A stretch of 63,169 nucleotides of DNA, the filler included, from Octopus bimaculoides (Eukaryota), in the NCBI RefSeq assembly GCF_001194135.2. It is 7 parts of 7 records of this genome, joined end to end, with 100 filler letters (N's around TTAATTAATTAA, not from the genome) between each part and the next. Parts side by side here need not be neighbours in the genome. Positions count along the whole stretch, not along the records: positions 1 to 22,229 come from NC_068988.1; 6 more parts are not named here. The stretch is one strand, 5' to 3'. The notes below the pieces were generated by a model. The model was not told where the DNA came from, did no database searches, and worked only from the letters and a program-made list of their open reading frames with translations. The translations under genes were made by a program, and so were the position numbers. This document shows positions 1-13,286 of this stretch, piece by piece. Each line of letters opens with the position of its first letter. Positions within the stretch are counted from its first letter, which is position 1.

Positions 1-49
1 AATTACATCAAACACAGAATAGTATTTGAAATCAGTAACTAAATTAAGT

Positions 50-391
<342 letters not shown>

Positions 392-416
392 AATAATAAT
401 TAATAATAATAATAAT

Positions 417-1107
417 CAAGATAAGCATTAAGAACCAATAGTAATAACAAGCGATAAGAAGCATTTACTTCAAATACAGAATATACATCGCATCAGAAAG
501 TGATAAGTGCAGAATTTGTGGACAAAATGGTAAAACCGCATGATATATTATCAGTCCACTTACGCCACTAGCCCTGAAAGAATATAAGAGACGTCATGAC
601 AATATAGCAAGAATTGTCCATTGGACACTTTGCAACAAGTATAGACGTGACAGAGCAAAAAGTCGTACGAACATAAACTCGAAGGCATCATCGAAAATGA
701 TAATGCAAAGATTCTATAAGATTTTATGATTCAGTGCGACCATGAGATAAACAATAGGCAACCAGACATAGTGTTAATTGAGAAAGAAAACAAACGATGC
801 TGGATCATAAATATAGCATGTCCAGCTGACAAGGTTTTCGATAAGGAAGAAAGAAAAGTCGATATAACAAATTAGCTTGAGAGGTTAAGTAGTTGTGGTC
901 GCTAAAAAAGATGGTAGTAGTACCAATAATTGTCGGAGTCCCGGGAATAGTGATTAAAAATCTTAAGTACATGGAACAAATAAGGGCTGCAGTAAGGGTG
1001 AAGAAAACAGCACTGCTTGGAACCGCTCGAATACTCAGGATGGTGTAGTGAACAGCTGGTATCGTAGTACATATCCAACATTAGAAGCTATGCAAAGACA
1101 ATAAAAT
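417..1107 (+). mobile_element. R4/Dong non-LTR retrotransposon 3' fragment (zinc knuckle, RLE, 3'UTR), decayed
   Basis: Manual translation across stops and frameshifts: QD-ALRTN, DKCRICGQNG, RRHDNIARIVHW, RQPDIVLIEK, INIACP, VVPIIVG, LLGTARILR; (TAA)n on both sides. Confidence 0.9.
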
Positions 1108-1213
1108 TAATAATAATAATGGGGATGATTTCTTTGTTTGCCACCAAGGTGAAGGATGAAGGGAACAATGCAAAGACAGATATAAAGCGTAGGCGGTTTA
1201 CATATAATAAAAT

Positions 1214-1285
<72 letters not shown>

Positions 1286-1300
1286 TGTACATACACACAC
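1214..1300. repeat. (TA)n(TG)n compound microsatellite ending at a gap
   Basis: Direct reading; N-gap 1301-1963 follows. Confidence 0.95.
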
Positions 1301-1963
1301 NNNNNNNNNNNNNNNNNNNNNNNNNNNNNNNNNNNNNNNNNNNNNNNNNNNNNNNNNNNNNNNNNNNNNNNNNNNNNNNNNNNNNNNNNNNNNNNNNNNN
1401 NNNNNNNNNNNNNNNNNNNNNNNNNNNNNNNNNNNNNNNNNNNNNNNNNNNNNNNNNNNNNNNNNNNNNNNNNNNNNNNNNNNNNNNNNNNNNNNNNNNN
1501 NNNNNNNNNNNNNNNNNNNNNNNNNNNNNNNNNNNNNNNNNNNNNNNNNNNNNNNNNNNNNNNNNNNNNNNNNNNNNNNNNNNNNNNNNNNNNNNNNNNN
1601 NNNNNNNNNNNNNNNNNNNNNNNNNNNNNNNNNNNNNNNNNNNNNNNNNNNNNNNNNNNNNNNNNNNNNNNNNNNNNNNNNNNNNNNNNNNNNNNNNNNN
1701 NNNNNNNNNNNNNNNNNNNNNNNNNNNNNNNNNNNNNNNNNNNNNNNNNNNNNNNNNNNNNNNNNNNNNNNNNNNNNNNNNNNNNNNNNNNNNNNNNNNN
1801 NNNNNNNNNNNNNNNNNNNNNNNNNNNNNNNNNNNNNNNNNNNNNNNNNNNNNNNNNNNNNNNNNNNNNNNNNNNNNNNNNNNNNNNNNNNNNNNNNNNN
1901 NNNNNNNNNNNNNNNNNNNNNNNNNNNNNNNNNNNNNNNNNNNNNNNNNNNNNNNNNNNNNNN

Positions 1964-2217
1964 TTTGTATGAACTTTGTAGTGTTACATACTGATTGTCA
2001 TATTAAGGTGAAATTGTTAAAAACAGTGTTAAAAACAGTGTATGAAAATACACATATGGAAAAATACATATACATTCTTTGATGATAAAATATATTTAAA
2101 GTATAAAGCTTTGTATGAACTTTGTAGTGTTACATACTGATTGTCATATTAAGGTGAAATTGTTAAAAACAGTGTTAAAAACAGTGTATGAAAATACACA
2201 TATGGAAAAATACATAT
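1964..2217. repeat. 146-bp-period tandem duplication
   Basis: tttgtatgaactttgtagtg...gaaaaatacatata occurs at 1964 and again at 2110. Confidence 0.9.
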
Positions 2218-2512
2218 ATATATATATAAGGATGATAGTGATGTAGTCCGCCTGTTTCAAGAGGACCACTGGGGATAACCGAGGAATCCCACAGTCCAAC
2301 ATCTCCAAGATCACCAAGGGTAAGAGTTCTCTCTAATTCCTGGTCTCTGACTCTGAAGCCTACATCTAGAGTCGTACCATCCACTCTTGTCATTTTCACA
2401 ACTTTCACCCACCCTTCAATAAATTCACTCAAGAACAGCATCTCTTTCCACTTTCACTTACCTGTCCAAGCGAAACTTAAAAAGTCGATGAACGTTCTAC
2501 CATAGAGAAATA

Positions 2513-2530
2513 ATTAATAATAATCATAAT

Positions 2531-2593
<63 letters not shown>
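2513..2593. repeat. (AAT)n microsatellite
   Basis: Direct reading. Confidence 0.95.
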
Positions 2594-2595
<2 letters not shown>

Positions 2596-3165
2596 TTGCA
2601 ATCCCTTTGACCAAAATTTTGCCCAAATAGAACTGGAGAAATTGTCAAAGTAGAAAGACCTCGAAATTGCAGTATTCAAGACGTGGTGCATGAAGGTGAA
2701 AACACTACCAGTAATAACTGGAGCATTGGGCATGATAAAAAAATCATATGGACAAAAACATAGAAGCTATACCTGGATCCACAACACTACGCACTATACA
2801 AAAATTAGCCCTGCTAGGAATAGCCCACATACTACGCAAAACACCATGAATTCAATAAAACAAATCAAACAAAATAACCCTCAAACTTAAGACAGTTTAT
2901 ATATGCAAATATCCTATAAAATAAAGAAGCACCAACAAGCCAGATACTCAACAGAAGAACACAACTAGCATTACACACAGAGCACAGAGTACAAACTCTT
3001 ATACAATAAAAGACTGTAACCAGAACCTATAACAAAAACAAATTGACGCGATACAATACCGGGAAGAGTATTCACTCCCCCAACAACAAAAGAAAAACAG
3101 TGCTGCACACATTCCAGCAACATAGAGGTGTAGCAGTTGTATGTAGTAGAAATTTACCTATTATT
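2594..3165 (+). mobile_element. R4/Dong 3' fragment with long CA-rich 3'UTR
   Basis: IAIPFDQN...EKLSK*KDLEI...KTLPVITGALGMIKK...IQKLALLGIAHILRK; 3'UTR shares gaggtgtagcag...gtagaaat with 46746-47212. Confidence 0.88.
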
Positions 3166-3170
3166 TGAGG

Positions 3171-3483
3171 ATGATCTCTGGCTTACCATCCATGCAGGAA
3201 GTACGAAAGATTGTCTTAACAGGTACGTCACACGTATTGAGAAGAGCATTGGATCTTGTGAATTTTCTTTCTCCTTTATTTTCTGTTTTCTGTTTTCTTT
3301 TTATCTTTTCTATTTTTTCTTTTCTCTCGCTGTCTTTCTTCTCCTTTTTTTTCTATCACATGACTTTGTAAATGAACAACCTGTTGTCTTTATTTTAATG
3401 GCCAACCAACGTATGCAGTTAGTTTCTTTACCCTAGGTGTCAGAAAGACACTCTGCAAGAAATGGAAACAAAATTGAAAGAGA
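3171..3483 (+). mobile_element. Second R4/Dong subfamily 3' end
   Basis: GLPSMQEVRKIVLTGTSHVLRRAL, then a T-rich UTR ending gaaatggaaacaaaattg plus (AAT/GAT)n. Confidence 0.8.
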
Positions 3484-3529
3484 ATAATGATAATGATTAT
3501 GATGATGACGATGAGGATTTCAAGTTTTA

Positions 3530-3625
3530 ATTGGAATTCTAAGGCCAGCCCTTTCGGTGGAGGGCTAAGTCGATTGCATCGACCCCCAGTCCTCAACAGT
3601 TACTTGCTTTATAGACCCCGAAGGC
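3530..3625 (-). mobile_element. SINE family A fragment
   Basis: aagtcgattgcatcgacccccag...gaccccgaa matches the other family A copies. Confidence 0.75.
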
Positions 3626-4260
3626 GTGAAGAAAGAAACATACAACGAATGGGAAACAATAGGGAATAGGAACAAAAGAAAAAGAAAAAAGTAAGCCCCC
3701 ATAACCACCCAACAACCACCCACAGCCTCTTTGACCCACCCTCCCCCAACAGACACCAAAGCTACCCATCCCCCTCTGACACAGAAAAATGTACAAACAG
3801 ACAAGAACTCCACCCGACCGACAAAAAAGAAAAAATGCCACGCAGTAATGTATGATGACTCAAATGAAAAACTGTGTAAAGAAGTGTTATCTTGGGGAGA
3901 CAGTTGGAACAACGAGTTTTAACAACATAAAGGGATGGCACTGTTGCGCGTTGTGCTCGGATGAACAGAAAGAAAAAATAAGTTTAAAAAGCGGATATAG
4001 GTGTTGGGAGGTGAAATTGGATTGGGACATATTACCACAGTATATGACATATGAGGAAGTGGTGGAAGAATTAGGAATCGATATTCTAGCGGGAACGAAG
4101 TTTAAAAGGTATAAATGAAGCTGCAATGAAGTGGAGTAGAATGGCTTCATTCCATTTTTCATTTCACTTTGCATGTCATGTTTTCATACGTTGGTTCTAA
4201 TTTTTTTCTCTGTTTGTATTGTCCCCTCTATGCTCGCCCCATAGTGGGTAATAAAAAGAT
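3626..4260 (+). mobile_element. 5'-truncated copy of an ORF1-only (Tx1/L1-like) element
   Basis: C-terminus PQYMTYEEVVEELGIDILAGTKFKRYK* is homologous to the end of the 4300-5932 ORF; same 3' terminus ctctatg..gcccc..gtggg.aataaa. Confidence 0.65.
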
Positions 4261-4299
4261 TAGAATCGTTAGCACACCGGTCGAACTGCTTAGCGGTAT
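4261..4299 (+). mobile_element. SINE A 5' part (split by insertion)
   Basis: agaatcgttagcacaccgg...gcttagcggtat; the SINE continues at 5933. Confidence 0.8.
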
Positions 4300-5932
4300 A
4301 ACGGCTCCGTGAAGTTGCTACGTGGTGATTTTTGAATAGTTTTTTTGTGCTGCTTTGCAGCTGTTTGGGTGTTTACGTGTGTAATTTGTTTGAGCTTTCT
4401 CTTCTCGTGAGAGAAGAGACAGCTGGTTGAAGAATGTCTGAAGACAGTTATTGTTACTCAGACATGTCATCGTCCAAGGAGGAGTTGCTGGAGGCAGTTA
4501 AGACAATGGACCAGAAACTGATAAAATAGAAGTGGAGTTTTGCTGATGTAGCAAGGTGTAAGGAAACAGAAGTGGACATTAGGGAATTCGAAAGACAGAA
4601 AGAAGAAATGAACCGAGATGGGTTTGAAGCGAAGCTGTCGCCCCCGCAAGAGGTTAAAAAACGGAATAAAGGAAAAGACGATAATCTATCGAACCTTTTC
4701 GATAAATAAAGGAAGAATAGACGTCGTCACGACAGAACAAATAGAAAAGGCGTTAAAGCAGATTTGGGTAGACATAATATACCTGCTAGAGGTTCAACAT
4801 TTAGAACAGTAGAAATGAGGTTTCGTAATGCAGCAGCAATGAAACATGCAGCGTTGACATTTCGGAGCGAAGAAGTGGTGCAGTTGCCAAGCGTATAGAG
4901 GCATGAGAACAACAAGGGTCACGGTTGAAGGAATCCCGCCGGAGATTGATGTGACCTGGGTGGCAGATGCGGTCCTTTGGTAATGATGACAACATAATGG
5001 TGCTCCAGGCCAAGAAAAAAGAGTGCGTCCACTGAAGAGGTCACCAACTGGAGATGATAGTCCAAAGTTAAAAAGAAACGATGGAAAAGATTACGGAAAC
5101 CATAAGTATGGAAGAAACAATTATGACAGTCAGGGTGGAAGAAGGAAGAGTTTCACGCTGCTTTAAATGTGGCCTGAAGGGACACATAAGAGCAGAATGT
5201 ACATCAAAGCCAAGAAAAAAGCAACCAGAAAATACGGAAGAGAAGATAGAAGAGAGCCGCAGAAAGGAAGTAACCGAAAAAGAAAAGGAAGTGGCGGAAA
5301 TAGGAAAAAATAAATGGCAAGATGTAACAGGGAAAAAACGAAAAAAGGCAAGTGAGATAAACTGTAACCCACATTCCACTCCCTGCAGACACTAGGTCTA
5401 TCCATTCCCATCCGACACAAAAACAAGAGGCAAACACATACAAAGAAACCCAAAATCCTTCCCCCAAGTCAAAAAAGAGAAGGAAAAAATGTAGGATTTA
5501 TATGTTGCTTAGCAACGAACTGTTAAGGGATACGGCGGAATGGGACATAAAGTGTATTGGAACTGCAGGGTATGATAATGTTGAGGAACATCACTTGTGC
5601 GTAATACCAGACAAGTGGCAGGAGGAAAACATACAGGAGTATATGGTTGGATTTTATTTTTAGGAGGTGGACTGCAGCTGGAGTTCATTCCCAGGATTTA
5701 CGACGTACGATGGGTGGATGGAGGAAACGGGTATCGATGTGTTGGAAGGTTCAGGATTTAAAAGGTAGAAAATGAGGTCACTCGTAAATGGGGCGAGTGG
5801 TTCCATTTCTATTTTATCATTTTCATGTCTTCATACGTTATAACATTCATTTTATTTTTTATATATGTTTTATGTCCCACATGTTTTGTTTGTCACCTCT
5901 ATGTTTAGCCCCCGGTGGGCAATAAAGGAATT
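4300..5932 (+). mobile_element. ORF1-only (half-L1-like) Tx1/L1-type retroelement with decayed gag-like ORF (about 4434-5770)
   Basis: RRM-like TRVTVEGIPPEIDVTWV, CCHC knuckle CFKCGLKGHIRAEC, basic tail, AATAAA at 5921, GGTAT duplication at 4295-4299 and 5933-5937; no EN/RT ORF2. Confidence 0.75.
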
Positions 5933-6098
5933 GGTATTTTGTATCTTTACGTTCTGAGTTCAAATTCCGCCGAGGTCGACTTTTCCCGTCATCCTTTCGA
6001 TGTCGATAAATTAAAGTACCAGTTGCGTAAGGGGGTCGATCTAACCGACTGCTCCCCTCCCCAAAAATTTCAGGCGTTGTCCTATAGTAGAAAGGATT
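5933..6098 (+). mobile_element. SINE A 3' part
   Basis: ctttacgttctgagttcaaattccgccgaggtcgac...agtagaaaggatt. Confidence 0.9.
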
Positions 6099-6172
6099 AT
6101 TGTATTGTTCCTCTATCATTCTCATTACGTTTTGGTAGGGGGCGACAAGACTCTCGGACGACCCTGTACAAC

Positions 6173-6550
6173 AGAAATGATTTAGGAGAGAAAATGTAAA
6201 TATGTTGGTACTTATCTCAGTAAATTTAAATATTTTCAGCCGAGTAGAGTAACGCTCTTGTGGAGTACATTTGCCGAAAGTTTATTGTAATATCATCGTT
6301 TTCTTAATGATACTTATTTGCAACTATGTTCAAACCTTCTGGCATAAAATAAAAGTATGTAAGATTATAAGAGAGAAATGATTTATGAGAGAAAATGGTA
6401 AAAGTAAATATGTTGGTATTTTTCTCATTAAACTGAAATATTTCCGTCGAGTAATGTAATCATCTCGTAGTTTTATTTGCCGAAAGTTTATTGTATCGTC
6501 ATCTTTGTGGCCAACCCTTCAGGCATAAAATTAAACTATATGAGATTATA
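6173..6550. repeat. Diverged ~200-bp tandem duplication
   Basis: agaaatgattta.gagagaaaatg...atttgccgaaagtttattgta...ggcataaaat appears twice. Confidence 0.8.
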
Positions 6551-9500
6551 ATGTAGCATTAGCGACGTTACGTTTATGATTTGGTTAGATCATGGAAATG
6601 AAACTGAATTGCAGGCACTGATTAACGGAAATTTATCCTCTACTCTACGCTGACCTTTACTTTCATTAAAAACGATCGCTTTTCTTGGACGATACCTCTA
6701 AATCAAAATATAAAACCTAACGAATCAAGTAAATTATCCAGATACGGTTTCAAATTCATATCTTCCCTTTCACGCCACTAATGCCATTTCAAATTATATG
6801 AGTGTCATAAAATCCGATTTCATATGTTTTGACTAAGAGTACATGGTTGATTAAATTTATTCGGAGTATTATGGGTAGTTACTGCGTCGATAAGAAAGGA
6901 TGGCGAGCAAATTCGCCCTTGTTCTATTTACACTTTGAAACTAAAGGAATAAAAGCAGATGAGCTGTTGTTGATATCGTGAATATTTGTAAACTTTCGAG
7001 AGTATGTGAAATAATTCTCTTTTGGTACAGTGGATCTCGAAGCACATAAAGCTACACATAATAGCGTATAAATATTTGGTTGAGAAACTCTTATGGAATA
7101 TGAAATCACATCTCCTGTGGATATTAAAGGCGTTCTACCATTGGGCCAAATCATTTTAGAAACTTTATTCTCACAAGCGAGAATTATATGCTGTTGAATT
7201 CATAACAATTTATAAACTTTCGAGAATCTCAGAGCACATAATACTATAAAAAATAGCATGTAAATATTTGGTTTAAAAGTCCTTTTGTCAAAAAAGTCGA
7301 AAGCTATTTAAAAGAATAGATTTCTAATATTTATATGTTATCATTTATTGCTTTATGTGCTTCACGATCCACCATTCCAAAATAAATTAGATGTATTTAA
7401 TCTTTTTTCACTGTTTCAGTTAACTTTGACTCAATTGTTATTGATTAAAATTGAATAAAGTTGGTGTAAGAATAATGCAAGATCAATCATTTGTATGATG
7501 CGTATTTACAATTCCTGAAAAGTTTGTACGGCAATTTAAACGTTGCTAATTGTTCTATTGAACACGTCCTGTCGTATTACAACTTACAAAATAATTTCAG
7601 GTAAAATATAATTATTGTTTGTAAGTTTTCAAACTTTTAAACCAATATTCTCTTTAGGAAATATCAGAAAACTTGCCCCACTGGCTTTTCTTGTCCAGAT
7701 GTATAAGGAGTGGTATACGAAATTCCGAGTGAACCTAGTATACCACTTCTTTGAAGAAAGAAAAATAAAAGCTAGAACCAAGCGGCAACTATTAGTGGCT
7801 CTCAAAGGAAAGAAAAGATATTTTTAAGTAGTTATTAATTAATTTCCCCACGTTAATTAAGGAGAAAATCTGATCTTTGTTTGCAGTTCAGTGAACATGA
7901 TGAGCGAAAGTATATTTCGTTCCATTAGACCTCGTCACTATTGTATAGTCTACTCAGATCTGCTTGATTGTTTGACAAAGATTTTTACAGAGATACAAAT
8001 AATTTTTGAGTAGAATAATTTGCATACATGAAAAGTAAAATGAGCTAAGTTTACTTTAAAATCGATCTATTTAATACTCAGATAGTGAAATCGAATACTG
8101 AAAAAGAAATCAAACTAGAGATTACGGAGACTGCGAGGCGCCGAATTTTTAATATTTTAATTTCTCATTGCCGTTTTTAGACTCATGTTTTATGATGAAA
8201 CAAAATCAATGAGATCAGTCGCATTGTGAATTAAATATGGCCGATTTTATTCAGTGTGTTTCATAAGAATTGATTTTTATTACTATGGGTTTATATTGTT
8301 TTTTATTTTTCCTTTTTGCTGTCTAGAAAAGTAAAGCAAAATGCTTAACGTTACGATTTTCTATCGTACCTATTCCACTTCAGTTTATGCTCAAATATAC
8401 TTAAGAAAAATATGAGAAATAGGTCATGTCTTCCGCTTTTTCCAACAAATGTGTGATCCCATACGTATATAAGAAATTTCTTTTGAGTTTTATAAACCGT
8501 TAATCAAGAGATTCAGTTTCTTAAACTGTTTCGGTTTCTACATCAAAATTATGAGTTCAGTTTTAGTAAGTGGTTGACATTATATTGCATCTGTCTTGGA
8601 TTTATGAAATAAATGCCCGTTTTTCACATTATGTCGATTTAAATACAAATGTTAAAGTAACTACTTATAATTGCGGAAGAACTGGATATTGATTTCTAGA
8701 GATAATAGAGCTTTTCCGCACAACTGAAAATCCATTAGATGTTTTGCACTACTCTTTGTTTTGCTCAATTTGATTCCTCGTTCAAATATCGCCTTCACAA
8801 GTTCCATTGTTCATTCTTCCGGCAAAATTAATATTGTAAGTATAATAGCGACATATTTAAACATGCACACTGAGGGAAGCGACTGCTCCTACTCTTCTTA
8901 CTAATCTGCCATTGTGTCTGATAAATATATGAATGTCATTTTCATACAAAATAAATCAGTTATAGCTATGTGAGGAATTGTCTTCCTGAAACAACTTAGT
9001 AATTTATTTAACACCTGAATTTGAATCGACATCAATTATTTGAAATACTGGAAATTGTTTCATATATCACAAACAAATGTAATATAATGCTACTCTATAA
9101 TCTATGATATTATACACATTGATTAAATTGCCTTATTAATGTCAACTTGTAATGAATTAGTGAAGATCAAATTAGATAATGCATTTCATATCAATTACAC
9201 TTAACACTAAATGTTTTTCGGTTCTTCAAAATATAATCTCCAATTACATTGTTTTTCTTTCGTTGTTTCAATGAATATAACATAGCGTTGGAAAGCACTG
9301 AGGAAGGGTTGTATGGTATTTTCACTTCCTATCTGCTCCTCAGTTTCGATTAAAATCATGCGTTATACTCGTTTTTCTATACCTGAGTAGCAATGGTTTC
9401 TTTCTAAACTCTGAGCTTAATAACTTCTTTCTTTTCAAGCATAGCATCGTATTTCTGAAGCTTACGCAGAAGATTTACTCATGACTTCATCAAGTCCTAA

Positions 9501-10769
9501 GGATTTCACTCCCATTTCTTTAAGCTAAATGAAGCTTTCGGTGTAGCCCCAAAGCCATAAACTTGACAATGGGGACTGGACTATATAGATGCACTTACCA
9601 GACTGTTGTTGATATTACCATCTAAATAGGATATTTTACCAAGCTCTCTCCTTCGAATTCATTAGCTTTGAGCAAAATAACTTATTTTCCTGTTTTTTTA
9701 CATATGACATAACCAGAGAAATAACGACAACATGCATAACCATTTCGGAGCTTCTGAGCTTGAAAGGAAGAAGAGAAGTGACCTTAAGACCGAAGAATTG
9801 GCCAGAATATTTGAAACAGAGTGGACTCTGCTTTACTCACTTGGAAATGTATTGTTTAATTCCCTCTGATTGGATTCCCATAACTTACTACACTCAAATT
9901 TCACTTACAAGGCTTCGGCTGACCTAAGCTCATAACAAACGACATTTATTCAATGCACTGGCTACTGGAGTTGAATTCAAAAGTACGTAACTGTAATGTG
10001 AACTTCGTAATAATACACACAGCCCTGCGGTATATGTAAACTAAATCCGGAAGAATTATGTAAATTTCACAGTATCTTTAATTATTAGTAAGCTGAATAT
10101 TTTCAGATGGTTTCTACAAAGATTCTGAGTTCTAGTATATTAATTTGCCTCTCTGTAACAAAGATTATTAAGAGGAAGAGAATAGGTTTATTTATTAATG
10201 ATTACAAATTGATGTCGTTATTGAACATCAGCTTCATATTTTATAGCATCTACAATCTTTCGTTGTCTATTTCCTTGATCGCATATTTGGACAGGAGTAA
10301 TATATGTAGCCATCATTTTTCTACATAAACTAGATCTAAAAGATGTGAACGTACAAAAACAGTAATTCCCAGAGGTATCTACATTACTATAGACACTATG
10401 TTATAACTATCATGTTTGCCTCCGCTAACATGGGGTACATATCAAATATTTCTTCCGCATGTTTTCAGTTTCATTATTTTTCTAAAACTGGAAGCAGATT
10501 CTTTGAATACGTCTAGCAGAGTCAGAATATATCTAGAGCAACTAAAACACCAAATGCTTTTTGCACCATAGAAAGTACAATAGTCTTTTCAGCGACTTGT
10601 TTGTCGTTTAGTGTTACTGAAACACTTATCTGTAGTTTTCATAAGAAAAGTTATGCATAGATACATTTTAGAATCATTTATTTATGATGCTGTGAATCCA
10701 AGCTCTGCTTTCAAATCAGTAACAAGTATTTTGTTCATTACTTTCTTTTAACCCCGTAACATAGCGTTA

Positions 10770-10915
10770 GCGGTTCTGTAAAAGCGACTGATAGAATATG
10801 AACCAGGCTTTAAAAAATAATAAATACTGGGATCGATTATTTCGACTAAAAATTCTTCAAGGCAGTGTCCCAGCATGGCCACATTCTGACGACCAAAACA
10901 AGTGAACGATAAAAG
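10770..10915 (+). mobile_element. SINE family B 3' half
   Basis: ttagcggttc...gatagaat...gggatcgatt...ccagcatggcc...aaacaagt. Confidence 0.75.
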
Positions 10916-13286
10916 ATACTGGAACCAGCTTTTTATTCAAATATGATGTTGTTTCGAGAATAGAAAGTGCAGCTTCGTTTACAGCATGCCATCAGCCTAT
11001 AGAGCTCGCATTCACTATTTTACTATGCTATTCAACTACTATCAATACTGAATTTCAGATATAGTTTTAAAAAACTACACACACATTTATACATACATAC
11101 ATACATACATACCTCTGAAGATTATTTTGAGAGAGTGACATATGGAAATAAAATAATATTAGATTTTGATGCCATATAAAGTGACAAAATAATAATGTGA
11201 AATCTAATTAACGGCAGCAGAAGCAGTAGTAATACTAAAAGGAGCCCCGGCGACGCGAAATCTCGTAATCTCGCAGTTTCGGCGCCCGTAGCAGACTATT
11301 CTAGTATGCCAAAGATATAAACATGAATGCCTTTATGCAATGTGCGCCCATATGAGAGGTTCTCTCAAAGTAAATAATGCAGTATTCACAGTTCTAATAC
11401 AACATCCACGTTAATTTAGATATCAAAATGAAATCTACTTGGTCAATTTTCTTGCTTTTGTTTGGTCCGACTATAGAAAAATAATAATTGTTCAATACGA
11501 TTACAGACAGACCTCATTTTCTTCTGGCCATTAATACCATTTCCAACTATAATACAATATAGTTGTAAAAAGCCAGAGCAACTGAACTGCATGGAATAAA
11601 AAGAAAAAACACTGCCACCCATGTGAGTAATTCGTAATTTTAAACCGCAACAAGTTTGTATTGGGAACACTGATGATATTAAACCAGACGTCGTTTCATA
11701 ACCCTTTCGTGTACAATTCTTTAATCTCTTACAATTTCCTGTAAGTTGGTGTGAACGTTTTGATGAAAAGGATGAGGAGAATAAATCAATGATAGTATAA
11801 ATTATGAAGCATTTTAACCTATATATGAAGAGAATGCTGCAAAGAAATGAAGCAGAAGCCAAAAGTATGTTGCATTTGTTTATATCTGTGTACACATCGA
11901 TACAATTGGGATAAATCTGTGTTCTATAATGGACATTTCAATTAACTGACAAAATATATTTCTAATATGATTTATAATCAATTTAAGAAGTTGTACAGAT
12001 CAATTTAAGTAGTTATACAGACCAAATTAGATTGTGTATTTTATATCATTTCTACTGTAAAAATATGTCATCGCCAAGTATATAATTACCAAGTACATCG
12101 TTCAATTTTGCAAGACGGAATTTTCAGTCATTCTTTGTGACAAATCGATCGTGACCTTGCTGTTATTCTCTTGCACAATTTATATCGAGCTCTGCTCTTA
12201 CAAACGTCCGGCCTATGCTTTACTTACAATTGTATGCATGGTTATTACAGTAAAATCTATGTATTTAAATACTTTCGTTTTAAGTTCCCTCAGTATTGAA
12301 ATACTTTCTCTGCAGTTTCTGTTTTGTTTGCAAACTTTGCAATATAGTCGCTATTGTTCCTACCTGAAAAATATTCAATGTTATACGTTAAATTGTATCT
12401 CATCAACATACTACTTGTACAATGAATTTTTCTTTAGCCAACTATCATATCTTGTTGATAGAGTTGTATTAATTTCAACAGACATTCATAGGAATTCGAT
12501 ATGCTTCTAGAAACTCTAATCAAAGGCATGCGATTATACAATAAGTATGCATATGCATATACGCAAGAGTGATCAAGCTGTCATCCAAATTACATTTTCA
12601 GCTACATAATTTGTTGCAGCCTGTAAAACAGAAATAAAGGCGGACAAAAGATATTTATCTTGAAAGTACAAAAACAGAAATCAAAAACTAATATAGTTTA
12701 ATTATAAAATAGATTTTTGGAGATACGAAGTTGAATGAGCTGGTAAAATTTGAAATGTTATTAGATCTTTTTCTTAGCAAAAGCAATGTTTTCCTATTTT
12801 ATATTATATTTCACTAAAGTAACTTTATAGCATGTGCACAGCGATAGGCATGATGATCGTATGATACTAGAAGTATTTCTTTAAAATGTTTACTAATATA
12901 CCTATTTATATAAAATATAGTGTTTTTCAGCGTCTAATAAGCCTGGCCGAGGCTCACGTCGTTACGTTTATATCATTCAATATCGCAGATTATATATACA
13001 TCTCCTATATAAAATACACCAGTGGGGGGGGGGGTACAAAAGATTTAACAGGAAACTTCAAACAAACATTAGTCATTCCGGGATGAACAAGATCTGATGA
13101 AATAAAAGCATGCGTTAAGTCTTCACTCCTTTGGAATAAAGAACAGAAATTCTCCTTCAATACTAACGTGGGGACCAATATGCAGAACAATTTTCAACCT
13201 GGTTCTTCCATGATCACAAAGAATAATTAAGCGGTACAGCATTGAGAGAAGAGGGTAAGAATTGTTATGCAGTGCCCTATATTGAG

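Noticed and set aside
9300-9960. Possible old LINE RT remnant on the minus strand
   Set aside because: Only scattered weak motif resemblance; not supportable by eye.
11443-11895. 150-aa minus-strand ORF
   Set aside because: No recognisable domain; composition typical of AT-rich noncoding DNA.
12151-12510. Hydrophobic 119-aa ORF as the GPCR TM1/TM2 exon
   Set aside because: No GN or LAxAD motifs and no suitable phase-0 donor; AT-rich chance ORF.
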